64,000 nt of DNA, from contig OZ024741.1 of the NCBI GenBank assembly GCA_964016885.1, positions 136,586,001 to 136,650,000 on the forward strand, in the 5' to 3' direction. Position numbers and translations under genes: made by a program. The notes under the pieces are model-generated. The model searched no databases and was not told the origin of the DNA. It saw nothing but the letters and a program-made list of their open reading frames with translations. Positions 15,001 through 30,000 of the stretch are shown piece by piece. The stretch's first letter is position 1. Each line of letters begins with the position of its first letter. This DNA is from Eledone cirrhosa (taxonomy: Eukaryota).

Positions 15001-18000
15001 TATATTAATGTAGACTGTGGTACAGTTATAATAATTTAGACTGTGGTACAGTTATAATAATGTAGACTGTGGTACAGTTATAATTATGTAGACTGTGGTA
15101 CAGTTATAATAATGTAGACTGTGGTACAGTTATAATAATGTAGTCTGTGGTACAGTTATAATAATTTAGACTGTGGTACAGTTATAATAATGTAGACTGT
15201 AATACAGTTATAATAATGTAGTCTGTTGTACAGTTATAATAATGTAGACTGTGGTACAGTTATAATAATTTAGACTGTGGTACAGTTATTATAATGTAGA
15301 CTGTAATACAGTTATAATAATGTAGACTGTGGTACAGTTATAATAATGTAGACTGTGGTACAGTTATAATAATGTAGTCTGTGGTACAGTTATAATGATG
15401 TAGTCTGTGGTACAGTTATAATAATGTAGACTGTAATACAGTAATAATAATGTAGTCTGTTGTACAGTTATAATAATGTAGTATGTGGTACAGTTATAAT
15501 AATGTAGTCTGTGGTACAGTTATAATAATGTAGTCTGTGGTACAGTTATAATAATGTAGTCTGTGGTACAGTTATAATAATGTAGTCTGTGGTACAGTTA
15601 TAATAATGTAGACTGTGGTACAGTTATAATAATGTAGACTGTAATACAGTTATAATAATGTAGTCTATGGTACAGTTATAATAATGTTGTCTCTTGTACA
15701 GTTATAATAATGTAGACTGTCGTACAGTTATAATAATGTAGACTGTGGTACAGTTATAATAATGTAGTCTGTGGTACAGTTATAATAATGGAGTCTGTGG
15801 TACAGTTATAATAATGTAGTCTGTTGTACAGTTAAAATAATGTAGACTGTGGTACAGTTATAATAATGTAGACTGTGGTACAGTTATAATAATGTAGACT
15901 GTAATACAGTTATAATAATGTAGACTGTGGTACAGTTATAATAATTTAGACTGTGGTACAGTTATAATAATGTAGACTGTGGTACAGTTATAATTATGTA
16001 GACTGTGGTACAGTTATAATAATGTAGACTGTGGTACAGTTATAATAATGTAGTCTGTGGTACAGTTATAATAATTTAGACTGTGGTACAGTTATTATAA
16101 TGTAGACTGTAATACAGTTATAATAATGTAGACTGTGGTACAGTTATAATAATGTAGACTGTGGTACAGTTATAATAATGTAGTCTGTGGTACAGTTATA
16201 ATAATGTAGTCTGTGGTACAGTTATAATAATGTAGACTGTAATACAGTTATAATAATGTAGACTGTGGTACAGTTATAATAATGTAGTCTGTGGTACAGT
16301 TATAATAATGGAGTCTGTTGTACAGTTATAATAATGTAGACTGTCGTACAGTTATAGTAATGTAGACTGTGGTACAGTTATAATAATGTAAACTGTAATA
16401 CAGTTATAATAATGTAGACTGTGGTACAGCTATAATAATGTAATCTGTTGTACAGTTATAATAATGTAGTATGTGGTACAATTATAATAATGTAGTCTGT
16501 GGTACAGTTATAATAATGTAGTCTGTGGTACAGTTATAATAATGTAGTCTGTGGTACAGTTATAATAATGTAGTCTGTGGTACAGTTATAATAATGTAGA
16601 CTGTGGTACAGTTATAATAATGTAGTCTGTGGTACAGTTATTATAATGTAGTCTGTGGTACAGTTATAATAATGTTGTCTGTTGTACAGTTATAATAATG
16701 TAGACTGTCGTACAGTTATAGTAATGTAGACTGTGGTACAGTTATAATAATTTAGACTGTGGTACAGTTATAATAATGTAGACTGTGGTACAGTTATAAT
16801 AATGTAGTCTGTGGTACAGTTATAATAATGGAGTCTGTGGTACAGTTATAATAATGTAGTCTGTTGTACAGTTATAATAATGTAGACTGTGGTACAGTTA
16901 TAATAATGTAGACTGTGGTACAGTTATAATAATGTAGACTGTAATACAGTTATAATAATGTAGACTGTGGTACAGTTATAATAATTTAGACTGTGGTACA
17001 GTTATAATAATGGAGTCTGTGGTACAGTTATAATAATGTAGTCTAAGGTACAGTTATAATAATGTAGACCGTGGTACAGTTATAATAACGTAGTCTGTGG
17101 TACAGTTTAAATAATGTAGTCTGTGGTACAGTTATAATAATGTAGTCTGTGGTACAGTTATAATATTGTAGTCTGTGGTACAGTTATAATAATGTAGACT
17201 GTGGTACAGTTATAGTAATGTAGTCTGTGGTACAGTTATAATAATGTAGACTGTGGTACAGTTATAATAATTTAGACTGTGGTACAGTTATATTAATGTA
17301 GTCTCTGGTACAGTTATAATAATGTAGACTGTGGTACAGTTATAATAATTTAGTCTGTGGTACAGTTATAATAATGTAGTCTGTGGTACAGTTATAATAA
17401 TGTAGACTGTGGTACAGTTATAATAATGTAGTCTAAGGTACAGTTATAATAATGTAGTCAGTGGTACAGTTATAATAATGTAGTCTGTGGTACAGTTATA
17501 ATAATGTAGTCTGTTGTACAGTTATAATAATGTTGTCTGTAATACAGTTATAATAATATAGTCTGTGGTACAGTTATAATAATGTAGTCTAGGGTACAGT
17601 TGTAGTAATGTAGTCTGTTGTACAGTTATAATAATGTAGACTGTGGTACAGTTATAATAATGTAGACTGTGGTACAGTTATAATAATTTAGACTATGGTA
17701 CAGTTATAATAATGTAGTCTGTGGTACTGTTATAATAATGTAGAGTGTGGTACAGTTATAATAATGTAGTCTGTGGTACAGTTATAATAATGTAGACTGT
17801 GGTACAGTTATAATAATGTAGACTGTGGTACAGTTATAATAATGTAGTCTATAATACAGTTATAATAATGTAGACTGTGGTACAGTTATAATAATGTAGT
17901 CTGTGGTACAGTTATAATAATTTAGACTGTGGTACAGTTATAATAATGTAGACTTAATACAGTTATAATAATGTAGTCTGTTGTACAGTTATAATAATGT

Positions 18001-21000
18001 AGACTGTGGTACAGTTATAATAATGTTCTCTGTGGTAGAGTTAATATAATGTAGTCTGTTGTACAGTTATAATAATGTAGTCAGTGGTACAGTTATAATA
18101 ATGTAGTCTGTGGTACAGTTATAATAATGTAGTCTGTTGTACAGTTATAATAATGTTGTCTGTAATACAGTTATAATAATATAGTCTGTGGTACAGTTAT
18201 AATAATGTAGTCTGTTGTACAGTTATAATAATGTGGACTGTGGTACAGTTATAATAATGTAGTCTATGGTACAGTTATAATAATGTAGTCTGGGGTACAG
18301 TTATAGTAATGTAGTCTGTTGTACAGTTATAATAATGTAGACTGTGGTACAGTTATAATAATGTAGACTGTGGTACAGTTATAATAATTTAGACTATGGT
18401 ACAGTTATAATAATGTAGTCTGTGGTACTGTTATAATAATGTAGAGTGTGGTACAGTTATAATAATGTAGTCTGTGGTACAGATATAATAATGTAGACTG
18501 TGGTACACTTATAATAATGTAGACTGTGGTACAGTTATAATAATGTAGTCTGTAATACAGTTATAATAATGTAGACTGTGGTACAGTTATAATAATGTAG
18601 TCTGTGGTACAGTTATAATAATTTAGACTGTGGTACAGTTATAATAATGTAGACTGTAATACAGTTATAATAATGTAGTCTGTTGTACAGTTATAATAAT
18701 GTAGACTGTGGTACAGTTATAATAATGTAGACTGTGGTAGAGTTATAATAATGTAGTCTGTTGTACAGTTATGATAATGTAGACTGTAATACAGTTATAA
18801 TAATGTAGACTGTGGTACAGTTATAATAATTTAGACAGTGGTACAGTTATAATAATGTAGACTGTAATACAGTTATAATAATGTAGACTGTGGTACAGTT
18901 ATAATAATGTAGTCTGTGGTACAGTTATAATAATGTAGACTGTGGTACAGTTATAATAATGTAGTCTGTGGTACAGTTATAATAATGTAGTCTGTGGTAC
19001 AGTAATAATAATGTAGACTGTGGTACAGTTATAGTAATGTAGTCTGTGGTACAGGTATAATAATTTAGACTGTGGTACAGTTATAATAATTTAGACTGCT
19101 GTACAGTTATAATAATGTAGACTGTGGTACAGTTATAATAATGTTGTCTGTGGTACAGTTATAATAATGTAGTCTGTTGTACAGTTATAATAATGTTGTC
19201 TGTGGTACAGTTATAATAATGTAGTCTGTTGTACAGTTATAATAATGTAGACTGTGGTACAGGTATAATAATGTAGTCTGTAATACAGTTATAATAATGA
19301 AGTCTGTAGTACAGTTATAATATTGTAGACTGTGGTAAAGTTATAGTAATGTAGACTGTGGTACAGTTATAATAATGTAGTCTGTTGTACAGTTATAATA
19401 ATGTAGACTGTTGTACAGTTATAATAATGTAGACTGTGGTACAGTTATAATAATGTAGTCTGTGGTACAGTTATAATAATGTTGTCTGTGGTACAGTTAT
19501 AATAATGTAGTCTGTTGTACAGTTATAATAATGTAGACGGTGGTACAGTTATAGTAATGTAGACTGTTGTACAGTTACAATAATGTAGACTGTGGTACAG
19601 TTATAATAATTTAGACTGTGGTACAGTTATAATAATGGAGTCTGTGGTACAGTTATAGTAATGTAGACTGTGGTACAGTTATAGTAATGTAGACTGTGGT
19701 AGAGATATAATAATGTAGTCTGTGGTACAGTTATAATAATGTAGTCTGTGGTACAGTTATAGTAATGTAGACTGTGGTACAGTTATAGTAATGTAGTCTG
19801 TGGTACAGTTATAATAATGTAATCTAAGGTACAGTTATAATAATGTAGTCTGTGGTACAGTTATAATAATGTAGTCTGTGGTACAGTTATAATAATGTAG
19901 ACTGTGGTACAGTTATAATAATTTAGTCTGTGGTACAGTTATAATAATGTAGTCTGTGGTACAGTTATAATAATGGAGTCTGTGGTAGAGACATAATAAT
20001 GTAGTCTGTTGTACAGTTATAATAATGTAGACTGTGGTACAGTTATAATAATTTAGACAGTGGTACAGTTATAAAAATGTAGACTGTAATACAGTTATAA
20101 TAATGTAGACTGTGGTACAGTTATAATAATGTAGTCTGTGGTACAGTTATAATAATGTAGTCTGTGGTACAGTTATAATAATGTAGTCTGTGGTACAGTT
20201 ATAATAATGTTGACTGTAATACAGTTATAATAATGTAGACTGTGGTACAGTTACAATAATGTTGTCTGTGGTACAGTTATAATAATGAAGTCTGTAGTAC
20301 AGTTATAATAATGTAGACTGTGGTACAATTATAGTAATGTAGACTGTGGTACAGTTATAATAATGTAGTCTGTTGTACAGTTATAATAATGTAGACTGTT
20401 GTACAGTTATAATAATGTGGACTGTGATACAGTTATAATAATGTAGTCTGTGGTACAGTTATAATAATGTTGTCTGTGGTACAGTTATAATAATGTAGAC
20501 TGTAATACAGTTATAATAATGTAGTCTGTGGTACAGTTATAATAATGTAGACTGTGGTACAGTTATAATAATGTAGTCTGTGGTACAGTTATAATAATGT
20601 AGTCTGTTGTACAGTTATAATAATGTAGACTGTAATATAATTATAATAATGTGGACTGTGGTACAGTTATAATAATGTAGACTGTAATACAGTTATAAAA
20701 ATGTAGTCTGTGGTACAGTTATAATAATGTAGACTGTGGTACAGTTATAATAATGTAGTCTGTTGTACAGTTATAATAATGTAGACTGTGGTACAGTTAT
20801 AATAATGTAGACTGTGGTACAGTTATAATAATGTAGTCTGTTGTACAGTTATAATAATGTAGACTGTGGTACAGTAATAATAATATAGACTGTTGTACAG
20901 TTTTAACAATGTAGACTGTGGTACAGTTATAATAATGTAGTCTGTTGTACAGTAATAATAATGTAGACTGTAATACAATTATAATAATGTAGTCTGTGGT

Positions 21001-24000
21001 ACAGTTATAATAATGTAGTCTGTGGTACAGATATAATAATGTAGACTGTAATACAGTTATAATAATGTAGACTGTGGTACAGTTATAATAATGTAGACTG
21101 TGGTACAGTTATAATAATGTAGTCTGTAATACAGTTATAATAATGTAGTCTGTGGTACAGTTATAATAATGTAGACTGTGGTACAGTTATAATAATGTAG
21201 TCTGTTGTACAGTTATAATAATGTAGACTGTGGTACAGTTATAATAATGTAGACTGTGGTACAGTTATAATAATGTAGACTGTGGTACAGTTATAATAAT
21301 GTAGTCTGTGGTACATTTATAATAATGGAGTCTGTGGTACAGTTATAATAATGGAGACTGTGGTACAGTTATAATAATGTTGTCTGTGGTACAGTTATAA
21401 TAATGTAGACTGTAATACAGTTATAATAATGTGGACTGTGGTACAGTTATAATAATGTAGTCTGTGGTACATTTATAATAATGGAGTCTGTGGTACAGTT
21501 ATAATAATGGAGACTGTGGTACAGTTATAATAATGTTGTCTGTGGTACAGTTATCATAATGGAGTCTGTGGTACAGTTATAATAATGTAGACTGTGGTAC
21601 AGTTATAATAATGTAGACTGTAATAGAGTAATAATAATGTAGACTGTAATACAGTTATAATAATGTAGTCTGTGGTACAGTTATAGTAATGTAGTCTGTT
21701 GTACAGTTATAATAATGTAGACTGTGGTACAGTTATAATAATGTAGACTGTGGTATAGTTATAATAATGTAGTCTGTAATACAGTTATAATAATGTAGAC
21801 TGTAATACAGTTATAATAATGTAGACTGTGGTACAGTTGTAATAATTTAGACTGTGGTACTGTTATAATAATGTAGACTGTAATACAGTTATAATAATGT
21901 AGACTGTGGTGCAGTTATAATAATGTAGTCTGTGGTACAGTTATAATAATGTAGACTGTTGTACAGTTATAATAATGTAGACTGTAATACAGTTATAATA
22001 ATGTAGTCTGTGGTACAGTTATAATAATGTAGACTGTAATACAGTTATAATAATGTAGACTGTGGTACAGTTATAATAATGTAGTCTGTGGTACAGTTAT
22101 AATAATGTAGTATGTGGTACAGTTATAATAATGTAGTCTGTTGTACAGTTATAATGATGTAGACTGTGGTACAGTTATAATAATGTAGTCTGTGGTACAT
22201 TTATAATAATGGAGTCTGTGGTACAGTTATAATAATGGAGACTGTGGTACAGTTATAATAATGTTGTCTGTGGTACAGTTATAATAATGTAGTCTGTGGT
22301 ACAGTTATAATAATGTAGACTGTGGTACAGTTATAATAATGTAGACTATGGTACAGTAATAATAATATAGACTGTTGTACAGTTATAATAATGTAGACTG
22401 TGGTACAGTTATAATAATGTAGTCTGTTGTACAGTAATAATAATGTAGACTGTAATACAGTTATAATAATGTAGACTGTGGTACAGTTGTAATAATTTAG
22501 ACTGTGGTACTGTTATAATAATGTAGACTGTAATAGAGTTATAATAATGTAGACTGTGGTACAGTTATAATAATGTAGTCTGTGGTACTGTTATAATAAT
22601 GTAGACTGTTGTACAGTTATAATAATGTAGTCTGTGGTACAGTCATAATAATGTAGTATTTGGTACAGTTATAATAATGTAGTCTGTTGTACAGTTATAA
22701 TGATGTAGACTGTGGTACAGTTATAATAATGTAGTCTGTGGTACAGTTATAATAATGTAGACCGTAATACAGTTATAATAATGTGGACTGTGGTACAGTT
22801 ATAATAATGTAGTCTGTGGTACAGTTATAATAATGGAGTCTGTGGTACAGTTATAATAATGTAGACTGTGGTACAGTTGTAATAATGTAGATTGTAATAC
22901 AGTTATAATAATGTAGACTGTGGTACAGTTATAATAATTTAGACTGTGGTACAGTTATAATAATGTAGACTGTAATACAGTTATAATAATGTAGTCTGTG
23001 GTACAGTTATAATAATGGAGTCTGTGGTACAGTTATAATAATGTAGACTGTGGTACAGTTGTAATAATGTAGATTGTAATACAGTTATAATAATGTAGAC
23101 TGTGGTACAGTTATAATAATTTAGACTGTGGTACAGTTATAATAATGTAGACTGTAATACAGTTATAATAATGTAGTCTGTGGTACAGTTGTAATAATGT
23201 AGATTGTAATACAGTTATAATAATGTAGACTGTGGTACAGTTATAATAATTTAGACTGTGGTACGGTTATAATAATGTAGAATGTGATACAGTTATAATA
23301 ATGTAGTCTGTGGTACAGTTATAATAATGTAGACTGTGGTACAGTTATAATAATGTAGACTGTAATACAGTTATAATAATGTAGACTGTAATACAGTTAT
23401 AAAAATGTAGTCTGTTGTACAGTTATAATAACGTAGACTGTGGTAGAGTTATAATAATGTAGTCTGTGGTACAGTTATAATAATTTAGACTGTGGTACAG
23501 TTATAATAATGTAGAGTGTGGTACAGATATAATAATGTAGTCTGTTGTACAGTTATAATAATGTAAACTATAATACAGTTATAATAATGTAGACTGTAAT
23601 ACAGTTATAATAATGTAGTCTGTTGTACAGTTATAATAATGTAGACTGTGGTACAGTTATAATAATGTAGACTGTGGTACAGTTATAATAATGTAGACTG
23701 TTGTACAGTTATAGTAATGTAGACTGTGGTACAGTTATAATAATGTAGACTGTGGTACAATTATAATAATGTAGTCTGTGGTACAGTTATAATAATGTAG
23801 TCTGTTGTACAGTTATAATAATGTAGACTGTGGTACAGTTATAATAATGTAGACTGTGGTACAGTTTTAATAATGTAGTCTGTGGTACAGTTATAATAAT
23901 GTAGTCTGTGGTACAGTTATAATAATGTAGTCTGTGGTACAGTTATAATAATGTAGACTGTGGTACAGTTATAATAATTTAGACTGTGGTACAGTTATAA

Positions 24001-27000
24001 TAATGTAGAATGTGATACAGTTATAATAATGTAGTCTGTGGTACAGTTATAATAATGTAGACTGTGGTACAGTTATAATAATGTAGACTGTAATACAGTT
24101 ATAATAATGTAGACTGTAATACAGTTATAATAATGTAGTCTGTTGTACAGTTATAATAACGTAGACTGTGGTACAGTTATAATAATTTAGACTGTGGTAC
24201 AGTTATAATAATGTAGAGTGTGGTACAGATATAATAATGTAGTCTGTTGTACAGTTATAATAATGTAAACTATAATACAGTTATAATAATGTAGACTGTA
24301 ATACAGTTATAATAATGTAGTCTGTTGTACAGTTATAATAATGTAGACTGTGGTACAGTTATAATAATGTAGACTGTGGTACAGTTATAATAATGTAGTC
24401 TGTTGTACAGTTATAATAATGTAGACTGTGGTACAGTTATAATAATGTAGTCTGTCGTACATTTATAATAATGGAGTCTGTGGTACAGTTATAATAATGT
24501 AGTCTGTGGTACAGTTATAATAATGTAGTCTGTTGTACAGTTATAATAATGTAGACTGTAATATAATTATAATAATGTGGACTGTGGTACAGTTATAATA
24601 ATGTAGACTGTAATACAGTTATAAAAATGTAGTCTGTGGTACAGTTATAATAATGTAGACTGTGGTACAGTTATAATAATGTAGTCTGTTGTACAGTTAT
24701 AATAATGTAGACTGTGGTACAGTTATAATAATGTAGACTGTTGTACAGTAATAATAATGTAGACTGTAATACAGTTATAATAATGTAGTCTGTGGTACAG
24801 TTATAATACTGTAGTCTGTTGTACATTTATAATAATGTAGACTGTGGTACAGTTATAATAATGTAGACTGTGGTACAGTTATAATAATGTAGACTGTGGT
24901 ACAGTTATAATAATGTAGTCTGTGGTACAGTTATAATAATGTAGACTGTGGTACAGTTATAATAATGTAGACTGTGGTACAGTTATAATAATGTAGTCTG
25001 TGGTACAGTTATAATAATGTAGTCTGTTGTACAGTTATAATAATGTAGACTGTAATACAGTTATAATAATGTGGACTGTGGTACAGTTATAATAATGTAG
25101 TCTGTGGTACATTTATAATAATGGAGTCTGTGGTACAGTTATAATAATGGAGACTGTGGTACAGTTATAATAATGTTGTCTGTGGTACAGTTATAATAAT
25201 GTAGACTGTAATACAGTTATAATAATGTGGACTGTGGTACAGTTATAATAATGTAGTCTGTGGTACATTTATAATAATGGAGTCTGTGGTACAGTTATAA
25301 TAATGGAGACTGTGGTACAGTTATAATAATGTTGTCTGTGGTACAGTTATAATAATGGAGTCTGTGGTACAGTTATAATAATGTAGACTGTGGTACAGTT
25401 ATAATAATGTAGACTGTAATACAGTAATAATAATGTAGACTGTAATACAGTTATAATAATGTAGTCTGTGGTACAGTTATAGTAATGTAGTCTGTTGTAC
25501 AGTTATAATAATGTAGACTGTGGTACAGTTATAATAATGTAGACTGTGGTACAGTTATAATAATGTAGTCTGTAATACAGTTATAATAATGTAGACTGTA
25601 ATACAGTTATAATAATGTAGACTGTGGTACAGTTGTAATAATTTAGACTGTGGTACTGTTATAATAATGTAGACTGTAATACAGTTATAATAATGTAGAC
25701 TGTGGTGCAGTTATAATAATGTAGTCTGTGGTACAGTTATAATAATGTAGACTGTTGTACAGTTATAATAATGTAGACTGTAATACAGTTATAATAATGT
25801 AGTCTGTGGTACAGTTATAATAATGTAGACTGTAATACAGTTATAATAATGTAGACTGTGGTACAGTTATAATAATGTAGTCTGTGGTACAGTTATAATA
25901 ATGTAGTATGTGGTACAGTTATAATAATGTAGACTATGGTACAGTTATAATAATGTAGACTATGGTACAGTAATAATAATATAGACTGTTGTACAGTTAT
26001 AATAATGTAGACTGTGGTACAGTTATAATAATGTAGTCTGTTGTACAGTAATAATAATGTAGACTGTAATACACTTATAATAATGTATTCTGTGGTACAG
26101 TTATAATAATGTAGTCTGTTGTACAGTTATAATAATGTAGACTGTAATACAGTTATAATAATGTAGACTGTGGTACAGTTGTAATAATTTAGACTGTGGT
26201 ACTGTTATAATAATGTAGACTGTAATAGAGTTATAATAATGTAGACTGTGGTACAGTTATAATAATGTAGTCTGTGGTACTGTTATAATAATGTAGACTG
26301 TTGTACAGTTATAATAATGTAGTCTGTGGTACAGTCATAATAATGTAGTATGTGGTACAGTTATAATAATGTAGTCTGTTGTACAGTTATAATGATGTAG
26401 ACTGTGGTACAGTTATAATAATGTAGTCTGTGGTACAGTTATAATAATGTAGACCGTAATACAGTTATAATAATGTGGACTGTGGTACAGTTATAATAAT
26501 GTAGTCTGTGGTACAGTTATAATAATGGAGTCTGTGGTACAGTTATAATAATGTAGACTGTGGTACAGTTGTAATAATGTAGATTGTAATACAGTTATAA
26601 TAATGTAGACTGTGGTACAGTTATAATAATTTAGACTGTGGTACAGTTATAATAATGTAGACTGTAATACAGTTATAATAATGTAGTCTGTGGTACAGTT
26701 ATAGTAATGTAGTCTGTGGTACAGTTATAATAATGTAGACTGTTGTACAGTTATAGTAATGTAGACTGTGGTACAGTTATAATAATGTAGACTGTGGTAC
26801 AGTTTTAATAATGTAGTCTGTGGTACAGTTATAATAATGTAGTCTGTGGTACAGTTATAATAATGTAGTCTGTGGTACAGTTATAATAATGTAGACTGTG
26901 GTACAGTTATAATAATTTAGACTGTGGTACAGTTATAATAATGTAGAATGTGATACAGTTATAATAATGTAGTCTGTGGTACAGTTATAATAATGTAGAC

Positions 27001-30000
27001 TGTGGTACAGTTATAATAATGTAGACTGTAATACAGTTATAATAATGTAGACTGTAATACAGTTATAAAAATGTAGTCTGTTGTACAGTTATAATAACGT
27101 AGACTGTGGTACAGTTATAATAATGTAGTCTGTGGTACAGTTATAAAAATTTAGACTGTGGTACAGTTATAATAATGTAGAGTGTGGTACAGATATAATA
27201 ATGTAGTCTGTTGTACAGTTATAATAATGTAAACTATAATACAGTTATAATAATGTAGACTGTAATACAGTTATAATAATGTAGTCTGTTGTACAGTTAT
27301 AATAATGTAGACTGTGGTACAGTTATAATAATGTAGACTGTGGTACAGTTATAATAATGTAGTCTGTTGTACAGTTATAATAATGTAGACTGTGGTACAG
27401 TTATAATAATGTAGTCTGTCGTACATTTATAATAATGGAGTCTGTGGTACAGTTATAATAATGTAGTCTGTGGTACAGTTATAATAATGTATACTGTGGT
27501 AGAGTTACAATAATTTTGTCTGTGGTACAGTTATAATAATGGAGTCTGTGGTACAGTTATAATAATGTAGTCTGTGGTACAGTTATAATAATATAGTCTG
27601 TGGTACAGTTATAATAATGTAGACTGTGGTACAGTTATAGTAATGTAGACTGTGGTACAGTTATAATAATGTAGTCTGTGGTACAGTTATAATAATGTTG
27701 TCTGTGGTACAGTTATAATAATCTAGTCTGTTGTACAGTTATAATAATGTAGTCTGTGGTACAGTTATAATAATGTAGACTGTTGTACAGTTATAGTAAT
27801 GTAGTCTGTTGTACAGTTATAATAATGTAGACTGTGGTACAGTTATAGTAATGTAGTCTGTGGTACAGTTATAATAATTTAGACTGTGGTACAGTTATAA
27901 TAATGTAGACTGTGGTACAGTTATAATAATGTAGTCTGTTGTACAGTTATAATAATGTAGACTGTTATACAGTTATAATAATGGAGTCTGTGGTACAGTT
28001 ATAATAATGTAGTCTGGGGTACAGTTATAGTAATGTAGTCTGTTGTACAGTTATAATAATTTAGACTGTGGTACAGTTATAATAATGGAGTCTGTGGTAC
28101 AGTTATAGTAATGTAGACTGTGGTACAGTTATAGTAATGTAGACTGTGGTAGAGATATAATAATGTAGTCTGTGGTACAGTTATAATAATGTAGTATGTG
28201 GTACAGTTATAATAATGTAGTCTGTGGTACAGTTATAATAATGTAGTCTGTTGTACAGTTATAATAATGTAGTCTGTGGTATAGTTATAGTAATGTAGTC
28301 TGTGGTACAGTTATAATAATGTAATCTAAGGTACAGTTATAATAATGTAGTCTGTGGTACAGTTATAATAATGTAGTCTGTGGTACAGTTATAATAATGT
28401 AGACTGTGGTACAGTTATAATAATGTTGTCTGTGGTACAGTTATAATAATGTAGTCTGTGGTACAGTTATAATAATGGAGTCTGTGCTAGAGTTATAATA
28501 ATGTAGTCTGTTGTACAGTTATAATAATGTTGACTGTAATACAGTTATAATAATGTAGACTGTGGTACAGTTATAATAATTTAGACAGTGGTACAGTTAT
28601 AAAAATGTAGACTGTAATACAGTTATAATAATGTAGACTGTGGTACAGTTATAATAATGTAGTCTGTGGTACAGTTATAATAATGTAGTCTGTGGTACAG
28701 TTATAATAATGTAGACTGTAATACAGTTATAATAATGTAGACTGTGGTACAGTTATAATAATGTAGTCTGTGGTACAGTTATAATAATGGAGTCTGTGGT
28801 ACAGTTATAATAATGTAGTCTGTTGTACAGTTATAATAATGTAGACTGTGGTACAGTTATAATAATGTAGACTGTGGTACAGTTATAGTAATTTAGACTG
28901 TGGTACAGTTATAATAACGTAGTCTGTGGTACAGTTATAATAATGTAGACTGTAATACAGTTATAATAATGTAGACTGTGGTACATTTATAATAATGTAG
29001 TCTGTGGTACAGTTATAATAATGGAGTCTGTGGTACAGTTATAATAATGTAGTCTGTTGTACAGTTATAATAATGTAGACTGTAATACAGTTATAATAAT
29101 GTAGTCTGTGGTACAGTTATAATAATGTAGACTGTGGTACAGTTATAGTAATGTAGACTGTGGTACAGTTATAATAATGTAGACTGTGGTACAGTTATAA
29201 TAATGTAGTCTGTGGTACAGTTATAATAATTTAGACTGTGGTACAGTTATAATAATGTAGACTGTGGTACAGTTATAGTAATTTAGACTGTGGTACAGTT
29301 ATAATAATGTAGTCTGTGGTACAGTTATAATAATGTAGACTGTAATACAGTTATAATAATGTAGACTGTGGTACAGTTATAATAATGTAGTCTGTGGTAC
29401 AGTTATAATAATGGAGTCTGTGGTACAGTTATAATAATGTAGTCTGTTGTACAGTTATAATAATGTAGACTGTAATACAGTTATAATAATGTAGACTGTG
29501 GTACAGTTATAATAATTTAGACAGTGGTACAGTTATAATAATGTAGACTGTGGTACAGTTATAATAATGTAGTCTGTAATACAGTTATTATAATGTAGAC
29601 TGTGGTACAGTTATAATAATTTAGACAGTGGTACAGTTATAATAATGTAGACTGTAATACAGTTATAATAATGTAGACTGTGGTACGGTTATAGTAATTT
29701 AGACTGTGGTACAGTTATAATAATGTAGTCTGTGGTACAGTTATAATAATGTAGACTGTAGTGCAGTTATAGTAATGTAGACTGTGGTACAGTTATAATA
29801 ATGTAGTCTGTGGTACAGTTATAATAATGTAGTCTGTTGTACAGTTATAATAATGTAGACTGTAATACAGTTATAATAATGTAGACTGTGGTACAGTTAC
29901 AATAATGTTGTCTGTGGTACAGTTATAATAATGGAGTCTGTGGTACAGTTATAATAATGTAGTCTGTGATACAGTTATAATAATGTAGTCTGTTGTACAG

